64,000 bases of DNA from Octopus vulgaris (Eukaryota). The stretch lies in assembly GCA_951406725.2 (NCBI GenBank), contig OX597825.1, positions 7,502,001 to 7,566,000 of the forward strand, written 5' to 3'. Position numbers and translations under genes: made by a program. The notes beneath the pieces were generated by a model. The model had not been told where the DNA came from, searched no databases, and saw only the letters and a list, made by a program, of their open reading frames with translations. Shown one piece after another: positions 1 to 16,785 of this stretch (position 1 is its first letter; each line of letters starts with the position of its first letter).

Positions 1-144
1 TATGATAATGAGAAACTAAAATAAATAAATAATATAAGAAGAGTTAGGAACGATGAACACAATGGAGGCCAAACAATAAAACATGATGACATAGAGAAGC
101 AGTGTTTTATTTTTTGTTTTTTTGTCCAGTGAAATTGCTATCCG

Positions 145-157
145 GTTGCTAAGCAAC
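145..157. promoter_or_regulatory. Candidate RFX X-box-like palindrome GTTGCTAAGCAAC
   Basis: The palindrome GTTGC-TAA-GCAAC resembles the RFX X-box and lies in non-repetitive sequence. It is a single short motif with no TSS evidence. Confidence 0.2.
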
Positions 158-1129
158 GGGAAAAATGCAGATGTTCACGACATGCAGTCACTTTAATCAA
201 AAAGAAATTCAAACACTCATCTAAGGAATGAAGTTAAAGCGACACTTCACGAAGAAAAGATGTGTTGTCTAAAACAGAACATACTTGAGAAAGTGTGTTG
301 TGTGTACATAACGCTGTTTATGTGTACACGTGTGTGTGTGTTTGTGTACGTGTGTGTGTGTGTGTGTGTGTGTGTTTGTCCATTATTCTGTTATTGTGTG
401 GAAGTGCACATTTGAATATTCTTGTAGATAAGAAAATGTGATCATAATGTGTATGAAAGCGTCAATCATTAAAGTATGTGTGTGTGTGTGCGTGTGTTTG
501 TTTACCTGTGTATGTGTTTATGTGTGTGCATGTATATGCGTGAATGTGTATATGTGTGTGTGTGGCTGTTTGTGTATATCTCTGTGTAGGATATGGTTTA
601 CATTACTTCAAACATATTGTTAGTGCGTATATCTTTGCACGCATATGTGATATGTGTATGTGTGTATGCGTATGTGCGTACGTGTATGTGAGTGTGTGCG
701 CGAGTGTAAGTTTGGATGCGTGTCTGTATTGCTCAATGGCAATAGAATGGCAGAATATAGGCTAAACAATAATCTTTAACGATTATTATGTGTAGAAGAA
801 TATCGTAAGACGCTTGGTGGTTGGAACCCCAAGGAAGACATTCACAGAATCTCGCGTGTCTTCTCTAAATCACGTTCACCCAACTCCCTTCAAGAAACCA
901 TAATATACATCACATATGCATACGTACAATATTAGACACACACACACACACACACACAATGCAATACGACACAATGGATTTTTCTTACGGCTCATTCGAG
1001 TATTTCCATCGTGCAATTTCCTCTCCTAGAATAAATATTATGCGACCTTTTTCTTTCATGGAAGACCTACTGTTGCCTACGCATGCGAGCCTCTCACTCT
1101 CCATGCCATGAATATTGTCCAATGGATAT

Positions 1130-1255
1130 GGCGGCGAGCTGGCAGAATCGTTAACACGCCGAGCAAAATACTTAGCCGCATTTCGTCCGTCTTTACGTTC
1201 TGCGTTAAAATTCAACCCAGGTCGACCTTGCCGTTCATCTATTCGGATCGAATTT
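1130..1255 (+). mobile_element. tRNA-derived SINE family A, degenerate 5' part
   Basis: GGCGGCGAGCTGGCAGAATCGTTAAC...GGTCGACCTTGCCGTTCATC matches the copies at 26442, 34621, 34847 and 46808. Confidence 0.75.
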
Positions 1256-1432
1256 AACACTGGACTCCAAGATATACACCATAGAATAGTTTTTGTATAC
1301 CCCAAACAATATTTTAAATGAGAAAATTTCTGTTCTATAACGTGAAGTATATACCATGATATGTATATGGCACATATATACATACGTACATAGATACGTA
1401 CGTACACATACATACATACATACATACATACA

Positions 1433-1464
<32 letters not shown>

Positions 1465-1558
1465 GACAGACTGACAGTCAGACATATTCTCACATTATAT
1501 ATACACACACACTCATATACACACATACACATATATACACACACATACACACATATAT

Positions 1559-1630
<72 letters not shown>

Positions 1631-2365
1631 ATGTATGTATGCATATGTATCTATAGTAGCGCAGTAGCTCCTCTTTAGTTGATAGTATAAATTTAATAAG
1701 ATCACAGACGAGAATTATGCCACTACCACATGACTAGCAGCAGACGCAATGTTATATAACTTGATGTTTATTGGTAGATGTATGCACAGTTATGCATGTG
1801 CACACACACACACAAACACACACATACACACACAGGCATAAGAGAACGTGCTTATCACACACAACGATAACAATTGCGTCGAACAATCTCACCACGAAAT
1901 ACCACCATCACTTCTGTTTCAATTTTAACATTTAAACACTGCAAGGCAGAAATTAACATTTAACCTCTGAACCGCCAGAAATGGAGGCCCGCTCATTGCC
2001 TTCTTTAAACAATTGACTTTTGCCATTTTACGTTCTGCATTCAAATCGGCAAACAATTGTGAAACGATGGGGTTTTTTTTTTTCTGTTTTCTGACATGGC
2101 GGATGCAGAGAATCGTCAATCCTTCGGATAAGATGCTTACAATTACGTTTCTTTAGGATCGTAGATCGAATCCTGACATCTTCAACTTCGCCTTTCATTC
2201 TACTGGGAAACTTGTCGAGAACTTGGTCGAATTAATCAATCAATTTGTCTCTTCCCGAAAATTTCAGACATTTTGCTTAGAAACAATATTTTTTTAAAAT
2301 CTATTCTCTTGAGTCAGAAGAATAAGTAACAGTTGCGAACCATGATGGATTCTATCAACTACAGG

Positions 2366-3319
<954 letters not shown>

Positions 3320-4839
3320 GCAAATGTATGGCTTTACTTTTTCATATGGTGTAGTTAAGGAACAATAAGGTTTCCATGATTTTTCGCATGACCCCTGACT
3401 CCAGTGCGGTAGTAACGGGAAGACATATTGACCGGCATCTTGTCTGGAATGATAAAGGAGGCCAATGGACAGTAGACAGCGGACAGTGTTAGATCTACTG
3501 CTACAAACACACAACCCAACTGGCGACCTTCTACCGTGCTTTCATTTGTACCCTTATTTCCATTTTCAATCTTCGAATCAACTCGTGTTTATTATGACAG
3601 ATATTCTTGCCCAAAGTAGAATTGAACTCGCATCAACAGAATAACGGAGCAATCTTTTATAACCTCAATCAAGTCTGCTCCAATATCATAAAATAAATAT
3701 TTACATCCAATAAATGGAAAAGCAAGGAACTATGAATGGTTAAACCAATGCGATATCGGATCACAAGACGAAAGTTTGTTTCCCTCCACCGACTCAGCAA
3801 TGTATTATGGGATAGCAAAGCAATAGGATTAAACAAGAAATCATACGTTAATGGATTTGGAGAAAATCACAAGATTCTACATTAATATGTTCCTCCAAAG
3901 TTACCAGAAAGCGTATTCTCCTGTTGTGCTGCTTAAATCACAGACTTCCATTATGTCTCGAATAAAAGAACATCAAATTTGCATCATAGAATTTTATTAT
4001 TCATCATTCTAATTATATATAATTATATGTATGCGTATTCCATGGTTTCTGTATTATTCTATCCTATATATTGTCTGTTGTCGTTTACATACATACTGAA
4101 CCACTCAAATTCGTGTATGTATGTATGTATACACGAATATATACATATGTTAGGAATGTTTTAAGTGTCTGCGCGCGTGTATGTGTCTGTATGTATTTGT
4201 ACATATTGAATATTCCATAGAGAAAGATATTATCAGTGATTGAGCGAATTTAAAATGATGGAAAGAGAGTTAGAGAGAGAAAGAGAGCGAGAGAGGAAAG
4301 TAAGAAGGCGAGAGTGAAAGAGTTAGGGAGAGAAAGACAGAGCTTTTAAAGTAGAGAGAACATCTAATGTTGATGAATAGACATAAATACAACTGGAACT
4401 TGCTTCTTCATATAATATGCTTATTCCCAACATGTCGTCGACGCTACCTGCTCTTTCGCCATTGCAGTTGAGCAGCAGTCTGTATTTGTTTCATGGTTTC
4501 GTTTAACTACCGACCACTTTACCTTCATCTCTGCCTTTATTTAATCACTTTAGTTCTCTAGTACCCGATCCTACAGAACCTTCCGTTCCTCCAACCTGAC
4601 TTCGCTGCTTTTTATATAATCCCTCAGCTTTCTCTTCTTTCCTCTATGCGCATGCTCAACCAGCGTAACGTTCTGCTGCGTAGGTTTTTCTTGCTTCGCC
4701 ATATACACACTGGAGCCTTTTCCTGTTCATTTTCCTGCAGCAACGCATGTATCAATATTTCTAACAGGACGACTGAAGCAAGAAAAAAATAAAATCGACC
4801 AAAAAAATACTACGCCACACTGAATTGTAGCTTATGGCT

Positions 4840-4990
4840 TCAGTTTTCACTATCTGAATTTCTCCCTCTGCAGTATTAGGGATCTCCTCTTTCACGTTTG
4901 CCTTCACGAAGAACAATTAATTTCCCGCTTTAACACAGCTGCCTCCAATTGGGGTTAACAACTGCTTTAGGCACACTATACTCACCCTTT
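4840..4990 (+). mobile_element. Possible Penelope-like element remnant (end of GIY-YIG endonuclease)
   Basis: Translates as HEEQLISRFNTAA/PIGVNN with a frameshift. This resembles the E-xx-I-xx-F-x-T-xx-P-x-G-L-N end of PLE endonucleases and is followed by a CA-rich tail. Confidence 0.3.
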
Positions 4991-5183
4991 CATGGACATC
5001 ACTTCTGTCCCCACAATGGCACTCGCATACGACCATTCGCTCACACACATGCACACTTACACGACATTATACCTTCTTTATCCAATTCTACAGTAACACT
5101 CTACATCCTCTCTACTCACCACAAAACCATCCACATACACGCAGTCTCGCACAACATACTAACGCACACGATTACTCACATCA

Positions 5184-5264
<81 letters not shown>

Positions 5265-6786
5265 CCCTTATATATATTCACGATGCTCTCACACTCTTTT
5301 AAACCTATTTTGAAAAGTTTCCATACTCCTTCTCATTTATCTCCCTTAGTTGTAAACTGCCAGTCTACATTCTTCCCTTTACTCTGTCGCCTTAGCCATA
5401 AATACTATGGATTTTTATGAAGAATATCCATTTTCCTTTTTTTTTGTTTTTCACGAAGGAGCACCACATCCAGAAATGTTGATTTCTAAGTAACTTCCTC
5501 ACAGCGGATTTACACGGCCATGTAGATTTGATCTCTGTTTTGTTGTCATTTGAATTTCTGGAGACAGTCGGGATAGACAAAATGGACGAAATATGGACGG
5601 GAAGAATGAGATGAATGGATTCTACCATGATAGGACGACATGTTGGGTGAAAAGACAGCATAGTCAAAATGAGCAACGATGGATAAATAGATATATTTGT
5701 GTGTGTGTGTGTGAATATATATAGTTAATACCCCACAAAAACAAGGAAAAAATAAGAAAAAAGTAAAATATGTGTATATATGTATATATAGAGATATAGA
5801 TACATACTTACATGAATAGATAGATCAATAGATAAATAGTGGGGCAGACATATATACATACTTATATGTGTGTAATTTTGTGCATATGCCTATATGCATG
5901 AATGAATATAATTATATACATACGTATATATACATACGTATATATACATACGTATAAATATATACTCATACGTATATATATATACATATAAATCTATATA
6001 CACACATATAAATCTATATACACACACATGTATATATGTGCATGCATACGTTAACATAGATATGTGTGTGTGTGTATTTACTTACATATGTATGCATGTG
6101 TGTGGGCATACATACTGAAAGAGAGAGGGAGAAAGAGAAGGGGGTGAGCATGGATGGATAATTGAATGAATGGAAGCTAGAGAGGAAGATACGCGTAACG
6201 CTAGAGAGGAAAGCCAATTAGAGAGAGGAGGAAGGCGCAGGATGAGAGAGAGCGGGAGAGAAATGGGGAGAAAGACACAGAGAGAGTGTGTGTGTGTGTG
6301 TGACAAAGAGTGTGTGAAAGAGAGAGAGACAGATGAACAGAGGCGCAGAGAAAAATAAGGGCAGCTATTCAGAATTAAATTATGGAATAAAAGCAAAACT
6401 AAAAAAATAAAGTAGGTTTCATTAGCCCAATCACCAATACCATAAAATAACAACAACAACAACAACAATAAGAAGAACAACAGCTAAACGAAGAACAGTT
6501 GTGTCTGCAGCTAGATAATTTATCCAAGAATATAAATGATGATATTATGCAAAGCTTGGTCATTAGTGTGCAGTCAAAGGTAGAAAAGCCTTTAACCTCC
6601 AGTCTGCAGTGTTTTCAGAGATTGCTGAAAATTAAATTAAATGTCACTTATTGAATTGTAAACAATGTGCAGCTCGCAAAGAAACAGATCTCTGGTGCCA
6701 CAGATCTTACAGACAGACACATTTACACACGCTCAAACACACTAACGGCTTTGAATACAATAGATGCAATCATTTATATTGATTTA

Positions 6787-7087
<301 letters not shown>

Positions 7088-8167
7088 AGCGTTATGCACG
7101 ATTATAATGGCACGCATAATTATGTATAGATATAGATTATATAACATATATTTACATATGTAAAACTACGCACTCACGTATTTATATATGTTTTGTGTAG
7201 ATTTCCGTCTATGTGTTTGTGTCTGTTAGTCATACATGAAATTTACTATTTGTGTGTATGTGTATGTGTTGTTTTTTTTATTAGCATTATTTATTGTATA
7301 TATATATGTCATGTATTTGTCGACAACAAAATTTCAGTCCTACCAAATCCTATTATCATTGTACATAAAAACCTACGTACATCCCAAGACACACACGCAA
7401 GCACATATGAATGTAGCACGAAGGTACACATACATGCCCAAACCCATATGTGTATGTATACATATATACGCATATATTCATATAAATACATACATATACA
7501 TATATTATATATATATGTTCCTAAATACTTGAGTGGAGACGCGTCTCTAATCTACGAGAATGGTTAAAGTACAGAAAGAACAAATACTTATGAATCCTGT
7601 GTGGCATCAGGAAGTACCAGGTTCGGCCGTACTGCACTGCAGCTAAAGCGAATATTTTTCTATAGCCTCGGTTAAACAATGATGAGCCAGCGAAATTGGC
7701 TAGAGAGAAACTGCGTAGAATCCCATAGTATATTTTCTTTTCTCTCCCATTCTTTCTCTCTTTCCATCCAAGTTGCTTTCTCATAACTTGTCTGGGGCCG
7801 TATTTGATTCGTCAAGACCAACACTAGACTTCTACAGCGTCACCATCAGCTCAGACTTATCTTTCGCCATTGCTTGTGCTGTTACCCACGCACCCCTACG
7901 TAAGACAATTTGTCAAACTGTTTCATTGAATGCGAATTGAATTTGTGATCTTTATATGTCTTGCAGGCCATGATCATAGAATAACATAGAAACGGCACAT
8001 CTTTTCTCTCTTGCATGACTTCTTTTGAGACCTCAGCTCGTATTAATATATAATATATATTGAGTGTTGCGATGCTAGTCATTCGGTTGCTTATTTCCCA
8101 AATCCTCCGACTGAACGACGGATAAGAAATCAAATTTTCATTTATATTAACACAATTTATATCGATT

Positions 8168-8447
8168 TCTATCTATCTACATACGTTGCACATATCACAC
8201 ATGCATGTATGTATGTATGTATGTATGTATATATGTCTGCATATGTTTGTATATGCGTGTGTGTATATGTATAGAAATGCGTATATATATATATACGTAT
8301 ATATACACATATATATATACGTATGTATATAAATATATATATATATATACGTATGTATATATATATATATACGTATATATATAAATATATATATATATAT
8401 ACGTATGTATATATATATATACGTATATATACATATATATACGTATG

Positions 8448-8500
<53 letters not shown>

Positions 8501-8512
8501 GTATATATATAC

Positions 8513-8544
<32 letters not shown>

Positions 8545-8545
8545 G

Positions 8546-8599
<54 letters not shown>

Positions 8600-8700
8600 T
8601 CTATATCTATATATATATAAGTATATATATATATGTGTGTATCTCCTCCTCTCTCTCTCTACACCCACACACATATATATTATGTATGTATTATATGCAT
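8168..8700. repeat. (TA)n compound microsatellite with ACGT interruptions
   Basis: Direct reading of the sequence. Confidence 0.95.
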
Positions 8701-9300
8701 ATAACCATCACGTAGACAGATACGTGCACACAAATGCATACACCCAACTATATTACATTGGGTGAGACAAGCGTGTAGATGTTGACAGGTGGGAGGTAGA
8801 ATGGTAAGCAGGCTAAACTGCTAAGAGGTAAGCAAAGTGCAGACCTATATTCGGTGCCAACCCTCATTAAACATCTTAAGAAGATAGATTGACGTCGGAA
8901 ACAGCGGCGAAGTGAACAACTTCCGCGTCAGCTTTTGGTGACATGCTATAAATGCTAGAAATTGATCTTCATGTCAAGAACTCTCGAGCGATTCCGATCA
9001 GTCTTATCTTCAGATTGTCGTCAAAAGCAAGAACAAGAACGTCAACAGCTGTTGCCATTCTTAAGGGACAAAGTCACAAGTTCAGGGGAGAGATACAGTC
9101 GTTTATATCGGTCCCAGAGCTAGAGTGGTGCCTTATTTTATAGATCCACGTTGGAGGGGTGAGCGGTAAGGTTAAATTTGACCCGATTTGAGCTCAGAAT
9201 GTCAAATGCCGAAAAATATATTACGCGTTATTCTATCTATGCACAAAAAATTCTGCTACTCTGTTGTAATAATAATAATAATAATAATAATAACTACGAC

Positions 9301-9430
9301 TTATTCTATCGACCCTGAAAGGATGACGGGCAAAGTCAATCTCGACGGCATTTGAACTCAGAACGTAAAAACGGACGAAATGCCGCTAAGCATTTCGCCC
9401 GGCGTGCTAACGAGTCTGCCAGTTCGCGGC
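9301..9430 (-). mobile_element. SINE family A, 5' part
   Basis: Reverse complement of the family A head and central domain (GAACTCAGAACGT...GCTAAGCATTTCGCCCGGCGTGCTAACG). An older degenerate copy precedes it at about 9100-9260. Confidence 0.8.
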
Positions 9431-9463
9431 TTTATAACTTGTATATATTCATTTGGGTGTGTA

Positions 9464-9513
<50 letters not shown>

Positions 9514-9660
9514 CATAGAGTGCTTGCTACCTTGGAGCTTGGACTACGGGCAGGAAAATGAAAGGGACAAGCCCTGAATGACAGCAGGTCGCTGGTGTAT
9601 TGTGGCACAATCTTTTCTATACTTTCGGCAAATTTACAGGGGATCTCAGTTGTTATTATA

Positions 9661-9728
<68 letters not shown>

Positions 9729-10032
9729 CTGAAAACAGAAAACAGAAACAGAAAACAGAATCTGAAAACAGAAACAATTCCTATCATAGTAGGTGCATTA
9801 GGCATGATAAAAAAATATTCAGACAAATACATAACAAAAACACCAGGACTTACAAACACATATAACATACAGAAAATTGCACTACTAGGCACTGCACACA
9901 TCCTACGCAGAACACTTTCCATACAATAACCATCAGAGCATCACAACAAATCACAGCACATACCCAAGGCACACAGAGCTGCGCTCGGTAGTGAAGTGAA
10001 AGCACGCTATAAAAATAAAAATAAAACTACTG
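9729..10032 (+). mobile_element. 5'-truncated R4/Dong-type non-LTR retrotransposon (C-terminus and 3' UTR) inserted in (TAA)n
   Basis: TETIPIIVGALGMIKK...IQKIALLGTAHILRRTLSIQ* is typical of the end of R4/Dong restriction-like endonuclease ORFs. (AAT)n flanks both sides. A near-identical copy lies at 36986-37227 on the minus strand. Confidence 0.8.
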
Positions 10033-10638
10033 AATAATAATAATAATAATAATAATAATGAGAAGAAGAAAACGAAAACTATAGAATTTATGAATCCTTT
10101 AAATGCTAAAGGGTTCTTCTGAATCATCCTTTGTATCTGTCTAGAAACTGTTAAGTCGTGACCGAAAAGAATTTATTGGACATTACAGCACGTTTGAACC
10201 AATTGCAGATGGTTGGTTTCGTCTCCGAACATAAAACCACAAATGATACAAGATTAAGATCAAACCTCAACCATTAACAGGAAGTCGATCTTTATAAGAG
10301 AATAAATATATTAGGATAAATTAAGATATTTTAAAAGCTGACACCGTAGCCAATTAAGTGTGTGTCGAATGTAACACACGCAATAGATGAGGATATTGTG
10401 TGTGTCTCTAAACCTGTGGAAATATATTGATGACAAATGGTGATGTATATATATATATATATATATATTTAAAAAATAGGATAAAATCTTAATAAGAAAT
10501 TATCAAGTAGTTAGCGTGAAAAACCTCATAAGAGAAAAAACTGTTAATTTTTTTCACTTGAAAATATTTATTTATATTATGTTATTTATATTATTTATAT
10601 TATATATTATTTATATATATATTATAATAATGCCCCTC

Positions 10639-10686
<48 letters not shown>

Positions 10687-10900
10687 GCGTGTAATTGTCT
10701 GTTTATGTTTATGTGTGTGTGCGTGCGGATGCGTGGATGGATGTGTATGTGTCTATGTATGTATGGGCACTAATATTTATACGTATAATGCAATATATAG
10801 CAAAGCATCTATATCTACAATTGACTGCACTCATTCTTTTGGATCGTAGACTATTCTCTCTATTTTCCATCATCTCTCATTCCGTACACAGAAACGCGCT

Positions 10901-10936
<36 letters not shown>

Positions 10937-11197
10937 TTTCACGCCCACGCAATCACTTATACTCAAAGGACACACGTACACATACATAAACATTGCTGGA
11001 TACATAGATACACAAATACATAATTTTCCAAGTAAATTTTTTTTACTTATTGTCGTATCTCCTTGTTTAATTATGTTCTATAAGAACCAAAGAGGTTATT
11101 TGGAGTAGCTCTGGATTTCTAACATTAAATACGATATCATCGCGCACTTGAGATATTTTATACCACAAAATAGTCGTAGATTCATGCTGTATTTAGT

Positions 11198-12915
11198 ATA
11201 CATACATACATGCATACATAATGATTGCTTCATCTTGACAGATGATAGCTGCCCCATCAACACACCCACCACACCCCATCACACGGTTCAATCACTCCGT
11301 TGATGAGAACCTTAGAAGACTTCTAAGACCAGCTGCTGACTGACAGGGTTTAAAACACAACTGACAGATATTATTCACGTTTCTTCTATATATTTGCCCT
11401 TTGGAATTTGATTCTCAAGGAGTGTTTTTGTGAAGTATCATATGTCTTTCAAGTCCAGATATTGTCATACAAGTTTTTTGACATTTGACACAAGTCGTAA
11501 GAGGTGGTTGGTGTCCAATCTGAGCATTTTGATTTTCATGTGACTTCATTTGCTTCGCGTATCCTGCTTTTGACAACAGAACACGGTCACATATAATACA
11601 TATCCAATGTTCACCGTTGGTTTCAGTTCCAGTTGTTCCTTTGAGACAGGCCCTTTTAAGCTCAGAGTGCAGAAGCATCTTTTCCTCAAAGGCATTGCAA
11701 CCAGTTCTTACAGCACCTCTCCACTTGTTCTGATCTAGAACCTCATTTTCCCAATCACTTTTTTCATATCTAGTTCCTTCAGGTTTTCCTTTACATAGTC
11801 TTTATACTTTTCCTCGGTATATGTTAAGGTCGCTTACCAGAATTGAGATCACCATCAAAAAGACGCTTTGGCAATCGTTCGTCTTTCATTCTAATAACAT
11901 GTCCAGTCCATCTCATTTGAGCCAAGATGACATGTTCAATTGAGCTGCAACGTGCCATGCACAAAACCTCTGTAACTGGTATAAAACATTCCCACTTGAC
12001 TACTAAGATACGTCTGAGGCACTTTTGATGAAATCTCTTGCATTTTTATATGACGCTTGTAAGTGGTCTATGCCTCACCTGAATAAGTGCAGTCAATACA
12101 CATGTTTTATATACATTTTTGTCCACCCATACTCCCCTCCCAAACATTCCAAATGCAACAATTCCCTATTCGATAGTATATCTCTGCATTAAGACCACCA
12201 GCTTTTCACAGTTTGCTTCCAAAGTAAACAAAGATATCAACGACTTCTAATCTTGTTTCATTCACAAAATTTTGGTTCAGAATATGTTTGTCCTGGCGGG
12301 GGAGTAAACATTACTTTGGTTTTCCCCAGACTAATTGTGAATCCGAACTGTACACATGCAGGAGAAAATCTGTCCATTATATATTGCATATCCCCCTATG
12401 AGTATGCCAACAAATCATCATCATCAGCGTAAAGTATTTCTCTAACAAGTAATTTAAATGTTTGCAGTTAAACCGAACCAAATTTAAAATACGACCAGAT
12501 GTCCCAAATCTGAGTCCTATTCCCCTGTTGCAATCCTTGAAAGCACACCAAAGCAATGCAGTAAAATAAATAGAGAAAAGTGTAGGGGCAGGAACATCTT
12601 CCTGTTTGACACCGTTGTCCACCGAAAATTCATGAGATCGCTCACCATTAAAGACTACCTGAACTTTTATGTTTCTCTGTAGTTCCTTAAAGATGATCAC
12701 AAAATGTGTTGGGCAACCAAGTTTACACAAAACAATCCATAGTGCCTCCCTGTTTACCGTGTTAAATGCCTTAGTTAAATCTATGAAGACCTGGTGTAGT
12801 GGCATTTGTTCCTCTAAGCATTTCTCTTGAACCTGCCGCACAGAGAATATCATGTCCATTGTTTCTCGCTCAGGCCTGAAACCACACACTTCTTTAGGAA
12901 TCACATGTGGACACA
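11198..12915 (-). mobile_element. 5'-truncated, frameshifted RTE-clade LINE (reverse transcriptase, C-terminal C2H2 zinc fingers, 3' UTR)
   Basis: RT motifs GFRPERETMDMIFSVRQVQEKCLE, FIDLTKAFNTVNREALW, GVKQEDVPAPTLFSIYF and frameshifted YADD. Downstream are RWTGHVIRMKDERLPK and zinc fingers CIIC..H and CVKC..H..H. It ends in a (TATG)n tail. Confidence 0.9.
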
Positions 12916-13169
12916 CATTCTCATCAAGACGATATTTCTTTCTTACATACACACAAACACATACATACGTTCCCATCATAATCTTGTGATAACCTACTTA
13001 AATAAACGAGTGGGTTGTTCATTTTGAAAATTGTTGTATTTATAAAAGAGTGAGAAGGAAGAACATAAGATTTTAGTTCGGAAATCTCAATTTCTGCACT
13101 CGTGTTGAGTCGTTTATTACGGTAAATAGAGGCCATGTGTGTATATATACGCATACCTTCTATATGTTT

Positions 13170-13282
13170 ATAAGTAGAATAGAATATATATTTATATATC
13201 TATTGCCAAACATATATATATACATGTATGTCCATAAATATACATATATATGTGTATACGTGGGTATATATGTGTATGTATG

Positions 13283-13318
<36 letters not shown>

Positions 13319-13621
13319 CATATATATGTATATATATATATGTATATATATAAATATACATACACGCATACATATCAATATATATATGGATGTGCATATA
13401 TGTGCATATGCACATATATATATATATATTTATATATATATATATATGTATGCATATTTATAGATGTTCCTATATATATCTATATATATATGAACATATA
13501 TATATTATATATATATATAATCGATAGATATACAAATATATAAGGCAGTATGCATATGAATAAGATATACACTATATGAATAAATGTGTTTAATATATAC
13601 ATATATATATTCGTATATCTT

Positions 13622-13666
<45 letters not shown>

Positions 13667-13855
13667 ATGTGTGTGTATTTGTGTGTATAAATATAAAGAC
13701 AAACATATTTATTTACACATATATACACATATGCATATACGTGCATTTGTATATATATATTCAAAAATATGCTTATACATACAGTACATACCTGTATATA
13801 AAACTATGGAAAAATACGTGTTTATGTATATTACATAAAGATATACATCTCTCTA

Positions 13856-13925
<70 letters not shown>

Positions 13926-13960
13926 CACTTATCTATCTATATGTTTTATATACACAAATT
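13170..13960. repeat. (TA)/(CA)/(CT)/(CTAT) compound microsatellite field
   Basis: Direct reading of the sequence. Confidence 0.9.
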
Positions 13961-14657
13961 TATGCACATACGCATATATATCAAAGATATGATATTTAAT
14001 TCTGACATTGCATCCCATGCGTGCAAAAGAGCTCGTATAAAGCTCTATGGAGTTGCACGAAATTGCACCGCTACCCCGACCTCCATTACCACAAATAGCT
14101 AGCGCATCAGCAACACGAACAAGAAGAACATAAACAACAAGAACAATAACAGCAACAAAAAAGTCTAAGCATCAGCATCACTGTCATCACCATCATCATC
14201 ATCAACCAGAAGAGTAACAAGTACATCAGCACCGTAATGATCTGACAAAGCTTGCGAGGCAAAGGTGAAGTTCTTCGGAGTTGATGCGAGTGCAAGTGGT
14301 GAAATATGCAAGTCGCATTCGCTTCACGTTAACGCACGCACACACACGCATACAAACACACTCACACACAAACACACGCGCATACACACACACAGAAGCA
14401 TGCGCACGCACACATATACACACGTATGTATATGTATGCATCCACGCATGCAAACGGTTCTTTTCTTCACCTTTTCTCTCTCTGTATACACACATAGGCG
14501 CCCCCCCCCCCACACACACAAACACATGCATATATATACACACACACACACAATGAGAGAAAGATTTATAGTGTAACTAGGCGTGAAACAATTTAACATG
14601 GAAGTAATAAATGGAACCGTAATACGTATGATTCTACTATATAGGCATGTATGTATA

Positions 14658-14707
<50 letters not shown>

Positions 14708-14960
14708 TATATACATATATTTTTTATATAAATATATATCTATACAATGTTTGTATAAATATATATACACATATTTATATAAATATATATACACGTATAT
14801 TTATATAAATATATATATACACACACATTTATATGAATATATATACATATATAAATAAATATATATATATATATATACACAGGCATATATATACATACAT
14901 ATTTATATAAATATATATATATACATACATATTTACATAAATATATATACATACATATTT

Positions 14961-15024
<64 letters not shown>

Positions 15025-15415
15025 CGCGTAGGCCATGAATGCGAAATTACAAGGTAGTACAGGACCAACACCAACAACAATGAAAAGAGAGAGCAACAAC
15101 AACAACAGCAGCAGCAGCAGCAGTAGCAGCAGCAGTAGCAGCAGCAGCAGCAACAGCAGCGAGATCAAAATTTGTAGCAAATTTCACGAGAAAAAACATC
15201 GATACGTAAATCCACGTATCGATTTGACCTTCAATAGGCTTGTAACAACTGGAACCATTAGTCAAGTGTCTGATTGTGAATAGGTTGAACAAAGTGCATT
15301 TACGCATATGTGCGTATGCCTACTGTATGCATGTGTATAAATATAGGTATATATGTATGTGTGTGTGTATGAATATATATGTACAATAATATATATATTT
15401 ATATATATACACACG

Positions 15416-15448
<33 letters not shown>

Positions 15449-16152
15449 ATGAATATATATATAATAATATATATATTTATATACATACACGTATATATAT
15501 ATATATACATATAACTGTATATCTATACATGTATATATGTACCTATATTTGCATATATATATACATAGATGAATAGATATTTATGTATATATATGCACAC
15601 ACATATATACATATACATACATATACACACACAAACGCACACACACACACACACATATATATGTATATATATATACATATATATATACATATACACACTT
15701 ACATACACACACACATAAATACACGCACATTTATGTACGTGTATTCTTGTATGTGTGTGGGCAGGTGTGTGTGGGTGGGTGAAGTGCCAGCAAAATTCTT
15801 TAATTTCATGTTGCATCTTGTACATCACGTAAGTAAGTGAATGGCGCTGATATGTGTGAATAAAGTAGCAAAAAAACGACAGCGGTAAACAACGGAACAC
15901 CTAAATTTCAATCATCGCCTCGCCGCCACCATCCATGCCCTCCACCACTAGCACCACCACCACCACTATCACGCTCTATCGCCATGCCTTTATCATATTT
16001 CTCAGCACCGCAACAGCGCCATCTCGTAATAGGATTTCAGTGCAGAATGTAAAGAGATTGAACAATTACAGCAAAACATTTGTCCTCGTGAAAACTATTG
16101 TGGCAATGCTCCCTCTTTAATAATAATAACAATAACCAGAACGTTCGTGCTG

Positions 16153-16231
<79 letters not shown>

Positions 16232-16265
16232 CAACAACAATAATAATGATAATGATAATAATATA

Positions 16266-16430
16266 GGCGTAGGAGTGGCTGTGTAGTAAGTAGCTTGCTT
16301 ACGAACCACATGGTTCTGGGTTCAGTCCCACTGCGTGGCACCTTGGGCAAGTGTCTTCTGCTATAGCCCTGGGCCGACCAAAGCCTTGTGAGTGGATTTG
16401 GCAGACGGAAACTGAAAGAAGCCCGTCGTA

Positions 16431-16495
<65 letters not shown>

Positions 16496-16722
16496 GCGTG
16501 TTTGTGTGTCTGTATTTGTCCTCCCAACATCGCTTGACAACCGATGCTGGTGTGTTTACGTCCCCGTAACTTAGCGGTTCGGCAAAAAAGAGACCGATAA
16601 AATAAATACTTGGCTTACAGAGAATAAGTCCTGGGGTCGATTTGATCGACTAAAGGCGGTGCTACAGCATGGCCACAGTCACATGACTGAAACAAGTAAA
16701 AGAGTAAAGAGCAAGTAAAGAG
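16266..16722 (+). mobile_element. tRNA-derived SINE family B with internal (TA)n
   Basis: A-box-like TGGCTGTGTAGT, B-box-like GGTTCAGTCCC and CORE-like CCTTGGGCAAGT. It has an internal microsatellite and a (GAGTAAA)-type tail. A second copy lies at 56800-57233 on the minus strand. Confidence 0.85.
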
Positions 16723-16737
16723 TATTATTATTATTAA

Positions 16738-16785
<48 letters not shown>

